Program-made: the position numbers and the translations under genes
IMG/VR virus record: IMGVR_UViG_3300031111_000014
Location: 1 to 53,673 of that record
DNA: 53,673 nt
Direction: 5' to 3' (one strand)
Source of the DNA: a virus
Lineage: Duplodnaviria; Caudoviricetes
The notes under the pieces: model-generated
What the model saw: only the letters and a program-made list of their open reading frames with translations
What the model was told of the DNA's origin: nothing
Database searches by the model: none
Shown here: piece after piece, positions 17,832-25,844 of the stretch
Numbering within the stretch: the stretch's first letter is position 1
Layout: each line of letters opens with the position of its first letter

Positions 17832-18875
17832 CTACGCCCGCCCCATATCTACATACTTCATTATCGAAAACCTGTCGTGGCTTTCCTTTACCGCCTTAAC
17901 GTCGTGGCAGATATACCGTTGCGTAGTCCGAATATCCTGATGACCGAGTACCCGCCTAAGCATCTCTATGTCCATGCCGTTTTCGTGTAGGGCGGTCGCA
18001 CCGGATCGCCTGAGCATATGAGGATAGACCTTGAGCCCGACCTTCTTACCGGCCGCGACGACGATCTTCCTGATCCGGTCCTCGCTCATGGGATCTCCGT
18101 TCTTGTAGCAGATAAGCCGATCCCCGGCCCGTTTGTCCCTGTATTTCAGCCGCCAATGGTGTATCGCCTCGGCCGTCCGGGGTGAAATCGGGACCAGCCG
18201 CTCCCTCCTGGACTTGCCCCTGACGACGAGCAGGCGGTCCAATATCCGGCAATCGTCCACGGTCAAATTGATTATCTCGCCAACCCGCAAACAGGCGTCC
18301 AACATTAATAGGGACGCCAAGTGGTCCCGGTATCCAGTGAACCGACGCCGGTTGAACTGTTGTAGGAACGTGCCTATCTGGATGGGCTTCAACACCGGCA
18401 TGATCCGCTGCTCTACCGACATCAGGTGGACTCTCTCCATCGGGTTGTGATCTATCAGGTCTTCCGAGGCGAGGTAGTTGTAGAAGACTCGGAACACGCG
18501 GATTCTACCGTTGACGGTTTCCGGCGATACGTGACCAATGATGGACACCAAATAGCTTTGAATGTGAGATTGTTGGATTACCCCGAGATGGATTCCCGAG
18601 AGCAGACAGAACCGCATCAGGTAACGTAGCCTATCGGCGTAACACTTCAAGGTCCGCCGTCTTAACCCCTTGAGTTGACAGTGCAGATAAAACGATTCCA
18701 GCAATTCCCGATCTGAATATCCCGTTGTATAATTCCCCCGAGGCTTCTCCACGATGCTTCTGGTGCTCTCAGTATAGGAAGAGCTCCCGGTCTGCGCAAG
18801 GGAAAAGAGGACCCGCCAAGAGGTATTTACGGTGTTCTTTGTCCGGTTAAGGTCGCCGACGTACTGGGGGTCCAT
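17832..18875 (-). CDS. int: Tyrosine recombinase (phage integrase)
   Basis: Catalytic R (LRVGE), K (RGKS), HxxR (HMLRRS), H (LGH), Y (TTQRY); GGAGG upstream of ATG. Confidence 0.95.
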   Translation of the reverse strand: MDPQYVGDLNRTKNTVNTSWRVLFSLAQTGSSSYTESTRSIVEKPRGNYTTGYSDRELLESFYLHCQLKGLRRRTLKCYADRLRYLMRFCLLSGIHLGVIQQSHIQSYLVSIIGHVSPETVNGRIRVFRVFYNYLASEDLIDHNPMERVHLMSVEQRIMPVLKPIQIGTFLQQFNRRRFTGYRDHLASLLMLDACLRVGEIINLTVDDCRILDRLLVVRGKSRRERLVPISPRTAEAIHHWRLKYRDKRAGDRLICYKNGDPMSEDRIRKIVVAAGKKVGLKVYPHMLRRSGATALHENGMDIEMLRRVLGHQDIRTTQRYICHDVKAVKESHDRFSIMKYVDMGRA

Positions 18876-18922
18876 GATGGGCCTCCACGTTAATTCAGCC
18901 GTCCTTGGCGGGGGATACTGTA

Positions 18923-18950
18923 ATTATATACGAAAAAAACTTTCTGTCAA
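18923..18950 (-). promoter_or_regulatory. Sigma70-type leftward promoter for int
   Basis: Minus-strand TTGACA (18945-18950), 16-nt spacer, TATAAT (18923-18928). Confidence 0.75.
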
Positions 18951-19017
18951 TAGTTCTTTTGTTACATTGACTTACGGAAATTTTGGTTCTTGGGCCGGAA
19001 AAAACTCAACTTTTTGC

Positions 19018-19046
19018 TTGACAGGGATTAAACTTTTGGTTACTTT
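19018..19046 (+). promoter_or_regulatory. Sigma70-type rightward early promoter
   Basis: TTGACA (19018-19023), 17-nt spacer, TACTTT (19041-19046). Confidence 0.6.
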
Positions 19047-19101
19047 GTCCGATAAGATGGATAATGAAGCAAAAAACCCACAACAGCAAGGCGGTGACCG
19101 T

Positions 19102-19350
19102 ATGGCCTCATCCCTGGAGTTCTCAGGGAAGAAGCTGGACGACCTCATTAAACAGAGAGGTTGGACAGTGCCCCGGTTCGCCCAACTCCTTGCAATGGCT
19201 TCGCCTCAGTACAAGGCCACAACGGTGTCTATATACCGTTGGATTCGTGGTGACAGGACGCCGGAAATGAACTACCTCCCGGCCCTGAAACTGGTACTTG
19301 GGTTGAAAGACCCCGTGGCGGAGCTTTTCGAGGAGCGGCAGGTGAACTGA
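19102..19350 (+). CDS. Cro/XRE-like HTH regulator
   Basis: LDDLIKQRGWTVPRFAQLL...SIYRWIRGDRTP HTH pattern; 82 aa; no peptidase domain. Confidence 0.8.
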   Translation: MASSLEFSGKKLDDLIKQRGWTVPRFAQLLAMASPQYKATTVSIYRWIRGDRTPEMNYLPALKLVLGLKDPVAELFEERQVN

Positions 19351-20033
19351 TGTCAGCCGCCCTTGACAACACCCCGTCGACTCCGCGTATTTGCGGAAGT
19401 CCTTGCACGTCAAGGGTTGGACGGGCCACCGTAGCTCAGTTGGTAGAGCAGCTGATTCGTAATCAGAGTCCCTGCTCCCCCCGCTCCTCGACGACACCAC
19501 AACCACTTAGTCTGACGCCCCACGTCCTCACCGAGGGCAATCACAAGGCCCATCAGTTATCCCTAGAACTCACAAATCCAAACCAATCGGTCACATTTCG
19601 TCGGTGTCGAAAGTGCGGTAATGTCAAGCCGTTAGCAGCATTCTATCGAGACAAAAACAGTATTGGGGGGCACCGCTGGAACTGCAAAGAGTGTCATCGC
19701 CGACAGATGGTGGGCTATTATCGCGAGTACGCGGAGCGGCATCGAGCCGCCGTCTCTTCGTGGGCCGAAAGAAATCCAGAGCGGAAACAGGCGGTCAACG
19801 ATGCATATCGGCGAAGGCATCCAGATAGACAAGCGGCCCGGCGGCAGCTGCAGCGGGCCATCCGCGCTGGCCGCATATCCCGTGGTCCCTGTGCTGTCTG
19901 TGGCACGACGGTCGACATCCACGGGCACCACGAAGACTATAGTAAGCCCCTAGACGTGATATGGCTCTGCGGTAGACATCATCGGGAGTATCACGCGGGA
20001 CAAATCCAGATAGAACACAGGGAGGCGTCGTGA
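19350..20033 (+). CDS. Zn-finger/HNH-like protein spanning the tRNA fragment
   Basis: CRKCGNVKPLAAFY...CKEC and CAVCG...HGHHEDYSKPLDVIWLC..HH...H motifs; start overlaps HTH stop (TGATG). Confidence 0.7.
   Translation: MSAALDNTPSTPRICGSPCTSRVGRATVAQLVEQLIRNQSPCSPRSSTTPQPLSLTPHVLTEGNHKAHQLSLELTNPNQSVTFRRCRKCGNVKPLAAFYRDKNSIGGHRWNCKECHRRQMVGYYREYAERHRAAVSSWAERNPERKQAVNDAYRRRHPDRQAARRQLQRAIRAGRISRGPCAVCGTTVDIHGHHEDYSKPLDVIWLCGRHHREYHAGQIQIEHREAS
19425..19466 (+). other. 5' half of tRNA-Thr(CGT); putative attP
   Basis: GCCACCG TA GCTC AGTTGGTA GAGC A GCTGA TT CGT AA TCAG gives acceptor 5' strand, D-arm and anticodon arm; no T-arm or 3' acceptor strand follows; ~550 bp from int start. Confidence 0.8.
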
Positions 20034-20602
20034 CCTCCCTAACATTAAATAAGGGCGAGTGGCGGAATATAGACGCAAGTTCTGGGATCAGACTGTTGAT
20101 GGCGCGGGAGCGATACCAGCTAAGTAATGTCTTATGCCTTCGGGTACTGGGTCGTAATAACAGGAATTGCATCGTGGATGCAGCCATGCCGTGCCGTGCC
20201 AGGGTGGAAGTCCCTGGCCTCGCCCTGCAAAATATCTACTACGTTACTTCCTTCACTCCATTGTTTGCGGTACTCGTACCTCGGCGCGGTAGTTTCCACC
20301 CGCGTCGGGGTCAAGATTACGGGGCGGCACATCGACAACCCCAACATGAAAGGCGGGTGGTCGCTGAGTCATGTCACGCCGCCCCATTAAAATCAAGGGG
20401 CTTGGTCATTAGTCGGCATCTTTTACGACCGATGCGCGGCGACGGGGTGATCCCGGTCGAATATCACCCCACCAAGCCCCATAGGCTTTCATTCCAAAAC
20501 CCCGCGTCCCGGTCATCTATTACCTGTGTTACCCTACCCAACCCCCACGGCCGGGACGCATTGAAATTTAGCGACTATTCGATATGGGGAGATTTGCGGT
20601 GA
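20030..20602 (+). CDS. ORF overlapping the structured RNA region (coding status uncertain)
   Basis: GGAGG RBS, GTGA overlaps at both ends, but atypical amino-acid composition. Confidence 0.35.
   Translation: MTSLTLNKGEWRNIDASSGIRLLMARERYQLSNVLCLRVLGRNNRNCIVDAAMPCRARVEVPGLALQNIYYVTSFTPLFAVLVPRRGSFHPRRGQDYGAAHRQPQHERRVVAESCHAAPLKSRGLVISRHLLRPMRGDGVIPVEYHPTKPHRLSFQNPASRSSITCVTLPNPHGRDALKFSDYSIWGDLR
20052..20559 (+). ncRNA. Candidate large multi-domain structured RNA
   Basis: Nested helices 20052-59/20219-26, 20321-28/20378-85, 20397-406/20471-80, 20444-51/20463-70, 20504-14/20549-59; cUUCGg and GNRA tetraloops; possible kissing loops. Confidence 0.6.
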
Positions 20603-21162
20603 AGTATTACAAGGTGCTCAACGAATACGGTGGAGCGTGTCACGGCGGGTCGGGCAAGTGGTTACTACCGGACGGTGACACGCCCGGCGGGTGGATGCCG
20701 CGTATCAAACAAGTTATCCCCTGTAAACGCGGTTATCACCTGTGTCGCAGGGGCGATCTTGTGGTGTGGTTGGGGCCAACGATTTATCTGGCTGAAGGCC
20801 GAGGCGAGAAGGTAGTAGGTGACGATAAGGTGGTTTTTGCGGAAGCGCGGCTCATTCGCAAATTCAACACATGGGACGATAGAACGAAACGACTATTTGC
20901 TGCCGATTGTGCTTTTCATGTTCTCCATTTCTATGAAGAGCGCCACCCCAAAGATGACCGCCCCCGCAAAGCCATTGAGGCGGTCCGGCAATTCGCCAAT
21001 GGACTAATTAGCCGCCAACAACTGTCCGCCGCTAGGGCCGCCGCTAGGGTCGCCGCTTGGGACGCTGAGGGCGCCGCTAGGGCCGCCGAGCGTGAATGGC
21101 AAACGCGGAGGTTATTTGAATACCTGAACGGTAAAACGAAATTTAGCGATGCCTTGATATAA
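20599..21162 (+). CDS. Phage protein with Imm5-like/Ala-rich repeat domain
   Basis: RLFAADCA.HVL..YE...P.DDRPRKAIEA and AARAAAW motifs. Confidence 0.6.
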   Translation: MKYYKVLNEYGGACHGGSGKWLLPDGDTPGGWMPRIKQVIPCKRGYHLCRRGDLVVWLGPTIYLAEGRGEKVVGDDKVVFAEARLIRKFNTWDDRTKRLFAADCAFHVLHFYEERHPKDDRPRKAIEAVRQFANGLISRQQLSAARAAARVAAWDAEGAARAAEREWQTRRLFEYLNGKTKFSDALI

Positions 21163-21174
21163 GGAGGAGAGATC

Positions 21175-21426
21175 ATGAAGAACCGCAAGGTCTACGGTGG
21201 ACGTGATGGAACCCTTTGGGTTGAAGTGATTCAACGAGACAGCTTTATCCCCGTAAACACCTCGGACCCGAAAGACTTCACGCCACAATCAATCTGCGGC
21301 CTACTTAAACAATGCCGCAGACATGTTACCACCAACACAAGGGGGGAGCGAGTCACCCGTGGCAAATTACGCTGCGCCGGCCGCCTCCTCCGAATACAAC
21401 GAGCCGATCTCGTTTGTGTTTTATAG
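21175..21426 (+). CDS. Hypothetical protein
   Basis: AAGGAGG RBS. Confidence 0.55.
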   Translation: MKNRKVYGGRDGTLWVEVIQRDSFIPVNTSDPKDFTPQSICGLLKQCRRHVTTNTRGERVTRGKLRCAGRLLRIQRADLVCVL

Positions 21427-21448
21427 GGAAAACCAGGGAGGAGAGATC

Positions 21449-21880
21449 ATGGGAGAATCAAAACACATGGCAGATGAGGGGCTGGGAGTTCTTGTTTGGG
21501 ACAATGTTGGCGGTAACTTTATGGGACTTCACTATGAAAGTGGTGGCTATTACGCTAAACAACCGGGGTACGCAATTGTCGGGGAGGGGTTAGCCCTCCG
21601 CGCCCCCGCACTTCTTGCCGAGCGCGACCGCCTCAAGGAGTACGTCGAAGAACAGCGCCAAACGCTGATCGCTGTTGTCGGGGCGAAGGAACAACTCCAC
21701 GAAGAGAACGACCGCCTCAAGGAGTTGGTGGGGGAGATGGTGGAGGAACTTGGACATGCGCGGAACTACGTCCAAGAGGTCTCTAACGCCAGCCTTCATT
21801 CCGAGTACGATTATGCGGACTATGACCTACTCGATCAGATCGAGACAGTTATCGCCAAAGCGAAGGAGGCGATATCATGA
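21449..21880 (+). CDS. Hypothetical coiled-coil protein
   Basis: GGAGG RBS, ATG 21449, ERDRLKE/ENDRLKE repeat. Confidence 0.55.
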   Translation: MGESKHMADEGLGVLVWDNVGGNFMGLHYESGGYYAKQPGYAIVGEGLALRAPALLAERDRLKEYVEEQRQTLIAVVGAKEQLHEENDRLKELVGEMVEELGHARNYVQEVSNASLHSEYDYADYDLLDQIETVIAKAKEAIS

Positions 21881-22182
21881 ACTCAGTCGAATCAATGCTG
21901 TGGGGTGTCGTCCTGGGGTGCCTCCTCGGCGGTTTCCTCGGATGCTACATCACTCGCCGCCTGATCGACTCCAGATGGCGACGCCTCACGGCGAAAATCT
22001 CATCACGTCACCAGCTCGACATCAATTCTCTCCTGGCCCGGGAGTCCGAATGTTCCCGGGCCTGTCGGGGCATGAAGCACCCCGTAGAGACCGTCAAGGG
22101 TCTCAAGGCTACGGCACTGGTGGTCCACAAACTGTACGGCGTAGGCGCTGAGGAAATTCAGGACATGGAGGTAAGGGTATGA
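21877..22182 (+). CDS. Membrane-anchored hypothetical protein
   Basis: ATGA coupling, N-terminal TM. Confidence 0.55.
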   Translation: MNSVESMLWGVVLGCLLGGFLGCYITRRLIDSRWRRLTAKISSRHQLDINSLLARESECSRACRGMKHPVETVKGLKATALVVHKLYGVGAEEIQDMEVRV

Positions 22183-22568
22183 GCTTCGAGAAGTATCACG
22201 CATTAAGGTCGGGTCGCAACGCAACCTCGTCAGGTTACTATGTCGGGATCTGGAAATCTGGGTTGATTGTCATTGGGGCGGCCGCCGCCCAAAAGGTGGG
22301 GCTTACTGAGGGTAGTTCTTGCCAATTATGGTACGATGCCGACGCTGACACCATCGCAATACAGCCCTGCAAATCGCATCAACGTGGCATGATGAGGGCT
22401 TGTAAGCACAAGACCCTGAAGGACACATCTGCGGTCGTGATATCCGGGGTCGGTATAATAAACCGATTCCGACTCCACCACTTCAAGCGTACACAGTTTC
22501 CCTTTTCTCTAAATTCTGACGGGTGGATGATACTTGACCCTAAAGCGGAGGGAGTGATCAAGCGATGA
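22179..22568 (+). CDS. Hypothetical protein
   Basis: GGAGG RBS, ATGA coupling. Confidence 0.55.
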   Translation: MSFEKYHALRSGRNATSSGYYVGIWKSGLIVIGAAAAQKVGLTEGSSCQLWYDADADTIAIQPCKSHQRGMMRACKHKTLKDTSAVVISGVGIINRFRLHHFKRTQFPFSLNSDGWMILDPKAEGVIKR

Positions 22569-22771
22569 GCAAGAACGTCCATGAAATAATCTATCGGGGT
22601 CTAGCTGGTACGGTGCGACGCGAAATAGACTGGTACGACCCCGAGAACGCCCTCCGTCTGGCCCGCATCAAGCGGCAGCAGGAAGAAGCGATGGCTGAGG
22701 ATGCGCTGTTCGATGAGCAACGCGACTTCGAAGCGGAGAGCGAAATCATGCACAGAGCGAATGAGAGGTGA
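22565..22771 (+). CDS. Hypothetical protein
   Basis: ATGA coupling. Confidence 0.5.
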   Translation: MSKNVHEIIYRGLAGTVRREIDWYDPENALRLARIKRQQEEAMAEDALFDEQRDFEAESEIMHRANER

Positions 22772-22775
22772 TGTT

Positions 22776-23714
22776 ATGGCCTTCAAAAAAGCAGAGAAAA
22801 AAGGGATTCGGGGGCGGATAGCCATCTGCGGCCCGAGCGGATCAGGAAAGACTATGTGGTCCCTTATACTGGCGTCGATATTCGCTGGCCAGTACAAGAC
22901 GAAGATAGCGTTCGTCGATACAGAACAAGGCTCGGCCGTAAAGTACGCCGACCTGTTCGAGTTCGACGTCCAGGAGCTGTTCGACGACTTCGGCCCCCAG
23001 CGGTACGTGGCCGCCATGAAAGAGGCCGCGGACGCAGGCTACGGTGTTATCACCCTGGATTCCATCACTCACGCGTGGGCTGGCACGGGAGGGCTTCTCG
23101 ATCAGAACTACGAGACGGCCAAGAAGATGCGCAACGCCAATTCCTACGCCGCGTGGCGTGAGACGACGCCAAAGCACAATGAGTTCATCGAGGCGATGCT
23201 AGCCTACCCTGGCCATCTGATCGCCACGATGCGGACGAAGACCGAGTATGTGCAGTCCGAGGACGATCGCGGGAAGAAGCAGATCCAGAAGGTCGGGATG
23301 GCGCCGATACAGCGCGACGGTATGGAGTACGAGTTTGATATGGTCTTTGACGTCAACATGGAGCACGAACTGATCGTCGGTAAAACCCGCTGCAAGACGA
23401 TCGCCGACAAGGTTTACAAGCCCACTGACGCCGATGCTAAAAAACTCGCCAAGGCTATTATCACTTGGTTGGGCGACCAGGCCACGGTGGTTGACCGTGG
23501 GATGCCACAGCCCGAACGCGAGACCATCCTCCAGCGCATTGACACCGGCCTGCAGAAGTTGTTCGCCGACCCCGCCGAGGCCGCGGTCTACTGCGAGAAC
23601 AAGATCGGCAAGCTCGACCCCAATAAGATGACAGACGACGAGCTGGCCGCGTTGTTCGAGTGCATCAAGGCCGACTACAAGGCCAAGCAGAAGGAGGCCT
23701 CCGATGCTGCATAG
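22776..23714 (+). CDS. AAA_24/Sak4-like recombination ATPase
   Basis: Walker A GPSGSGKT, VDTEQGS, TLDSITHAW, IQRDGMEYEFD motifs. Confidence 0.85.
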   Translation: MAFKKAEKKGIRGRIAICGPSGSGKTMWSLILASIFAGQYKTKIAFVDTEQGSAVKYADLFEFDVQELFDDFGPQRYVAAMKEAADAGYGVITLDSITHAWAGTGGLLDQNYETAKKMRNANSYAAWRETTPKHNEFIEAMLAYPGHLIATMRTKTEYVQSEDDRGKKQIQKVGMAPIQRDGMEYEFDMVFDVNMEHELIVGKTRCKTIADKVYKPTDADAKKLAKAIITWLGDQATVVDRGMPQPERETILQRIDTGLQKLFADPAEAAVYCENKIGKLDPNKMTDDELAALFECIKADYKAKQKEASDAA

Positions 23715-24285
23715 TGAAGAATATCGAGATCTGGAAGAAGAGGTTTTGATTTCCGAGGACGGACTACCGATTGACCCCGAGACCGGGGAGATCATCGCCG
23801 ATCCCCTGCAGGTACAGGTGCAGGACCTGCCGGACGTAGCTCGCCGGATCAGGGCGCTCCAACGTCGAGTTGATATAATCCGAGAATTCGAACGCCAGGA
23901 AATCGAACGTATCGCCGGGGCCTGTTCGAAGAAGGTGTTGGCGATGGAGGCCCAGGTCGACTGGTTTATCTCTCGGGCCGAGCAGTTACTGGCCGAGACC
24001 GGCAAGGATGAAATCGACTATCCAGGGTTGGGTAAGTTCCGGTTTGGCATGACCAGGGAATCTGTAGTGACCGAGGTTTGGGACAATATGTCAGATGAAG
24101 ATAAGCGTCGGGTCCATGTCAACAACACGATGATCTTTCACGACCCGGCACGTAAGGACGTGCTTGAGCGCATCAGCCCCGACAAGCGGGAGATAGCGCG
24201 GCGACTGAAGAACGGTACGCTCCATCCGGACGTGTTCAGGTTATCCGAGAAGGAGCGCGTGTTTCAATTCAAGCCGGAGAAATGA
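23704..24285 (+). CDS. Gam-like/Gp157-like host-nuclease inhibitor
   Basis: DPETGEI motif, coiled coil, PGLGKFRF; next to the Sak4-like gene. Confidence 0.6.
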   Translation: MLHSEEYRDLEEEVLISEDGLPIDPETGEIIADPLQVQVQDLPDVARRIRALQRRVDIIREFERQEIERIAGACSKKVLAMEAQVDWFISRAEQLLAETGKDEIDYPGLGKFRFGMTRESVVTEVWDNMSDEDKRRVHVNNTMIFHDPARKDVLERISPDKREIARRLKNGTLHPDVFRLSEKERVFQFKPEK

Positions 24286-24408
24286 GGGGGGATGCGCCAG
24301 CTGGCGTTGTCCTCGCAACCCTCCCGGTCGTAACGGGCCGGGAGGACACTAACACTCTAGCGGGAGGAGATGGTGATGAGCAGTGATTCAAAGTACGGGG
24401 GTGACGCT

Positions 24409-24894
24409 ATGACCAAGCTAGACGAAGCGGTGGAGCGACTAGTGGAACAATCGGTGAAGGACTTTCTTGATGATATCTGGGGCGATCCAGCGTGTGGTGA
24501 TACGTTCTGGAAAAGCCCGGAGGACCGCAATAGTGGCAAAGATTTGGTGGCTCTAAGACAAATAGGTATATACGTCACGGCCACTCTCCGCGACTTCGCC
24601 TCCGAGGTGGTCGCGGCCACGAAGCCGCAGGGGGGAGAGGTGGAGGTGTTGAAAAAGAATCTTCAAGGTTCAGCGGCAACGATTCGAGACCAAATGGATG
24701 AAGTCACCGCCCTGACCGCCCGCTGCAAGAGGCTGGAAGACGCGCTGAGGCAGATGGGGGATTGCGACCTCGACTCATTGGAAGTCTTCATGGAAGAAGA
24801 CGAGCAGGTGAATAGACTGTGGGATGCTGTCGTGAATGCTCGTGAAGTTCTACGCGCCCAGGCCGCGCTGGAAGACAAGGAGGTGGGGGGATGA
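24409..24894 (+). CDS. Hypothetical protein
   Basis: Coiled-coil ORF in early operon. Confidence 0.5.
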   Translation: MTKLDEAVERLVEQSVKDFLDDIWGDPACGDTFWKSPEDRNSGKDLVALRQIGIYVTATLRDFASEVVAATKPQGGEVEVLKKNLQGSAATIRDQMDEVTALTARCKRLEDALRQMGDCDLDSLEVFMEEDEQVNRLWDAVVNAREVLRAQAALEDKEVGG

Positions 24895-25430
24895 GTCGTG
24901 CGGTATTTAATCTTGAGGTGGCCGACCAAATCAACGAAAGGATTATTGCTGAAATGGCACGAAAGCGCCTGACGATTCAACCCGTCACATTCAAAGAAGC
25001 GTGTGCCTTTATCGAGGAACACCATCGACACCATATCCCAAGTGTCGGCCATCGGTTTTCTATCGCCGTAAACGACGGCAACCCGGATGGTGCTAAAGTT
25101 GTCGGCGTAGCGGTCGTTGGTCGGCCCGTCGCTCGGCATCTTGACGATAGTTGGACCCTTGAAGTTACCCGTTGCTGCACTGACGGAACCCCCCATGCTT
25201 GTTCAAAATTGTATGCGGCGGCCTGGAGGGCGGCAAGAGCAATGGGGTACAAACGCCTTATCACATACACGCTCAAAGAAGAACCGGGGACATCTCTTAG
25301 GGCAGCTGGATGGAAAATGCTATACGAGACTAAGGGCGGTAGTTGGTCCTGCCAAAGCAGGCCCCGCATCGACAAGCACCCAACGGGACAAAAATGTTTA
25401 TGGGAAGCGGGAGACAAGGAGGTGGAGTGA
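24891..25430 (+). CDS. XF1762-family (Mom/GNAT-like) protein
   Basis: FIEEHHRHH, VGVAVVGRPVAR.LDD..TLEVTR.CT, ITYTL..EPG.SLRAAGW. Confidence 0.8.
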   Translation: MSRAVFNLEVADQINERIIAEMARKRLTIQPVTFKEACAFIEEHHRHHIPSVGHRFSIAVNDGNPDGAKVVGVAVVGRPVARHLDDSWTLEVTRCCTDGTPHACSKLYAAAWRAARAMGYKRLITYTLKEEPGTSLRAAGWKMLYETKGGSWSCQSRPRIDKHPTGQKCLWEAGDKEVE

Positions 25431-25618
25431 TGAGAGTAAGATTGATATGGAGAAATGGGACACCAGACGCTGAGGGGCAGTTTGTGGGATGGGAATACCG
25501 CACCGATATTGTTGAACTCCCCGACGATTCTGAGCCCGCTAAGTATGCCGCCAAGCATTACGGGCAACTCCCCGAAATTATCGGATGTGAGCAGATCAAG
25601 GAGGCCCCGGATGCCTGA
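25430..25618 (+). CDS. Hypothetical protein
   Basis: AAGGAGG RBS, TGATG coupling. Confidence 0.45.
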   Translation: MRVRLIWRNGTPDAEGQFVGWEYRTDIVELPDDSEPAKYAAKHYGQLPEIIGCEQIKEAPDA

Positions 25619-25844
25619 GACGCGAAAAGTCGGTGAGTACATGGTGGCGGTGAAGGAGTATGGGCATGAGAACTCTTGGCACATTTATGATGGGGATAAT
25701 ATGTGTCTCGGTTTCGTGCAGTTTATGGCGGGCTATGAATTTCATAGTTATGGATGCCTAACGGCCCAACAGCTCCGTACCATCGCCGCCTTCCTAGACG
25801 AACTCAATGCCAAGCACAAGGACGCGGAGAAGGAGGAGGGATGA
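25611..25844 (+). CDS. Hypothetical protein
   Basis: AAGGAGG RBS. Confidence 0.5.
   Translation: MPETRKVGEYMVAVKEYGHENSWHIYDGDNMCLGFVQFMAGYEFHSYGCLTAQQLRTIAAFLDELNAKHKDAEKEEG

Noticed and set aside
18832-19101. N-terminal extension of the HTH ORF (172 aa in track)
   Set aside because: Runs through the AT-rich divergent promoter region; ATG at 19102 is the plausible start
19425-19500. Complete tRNA-Thr gene
   Set aside because: Similarity ends at the anticodon stem; no T-loop or 3' acceptor strand follows
20052-20559. RNase P, tmRNA, SRP or hammerhead identity for the structured region
   Set aside because: Diagnostic consensus elements were not found by eye; needs Infernal to settle
19467-20600. 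Group I intron with HNH ORF inside the tRNA
   Set aside because: The break is after the anticodon stem rather than in the loop, no 3' exon was found, and no group I core was recognised
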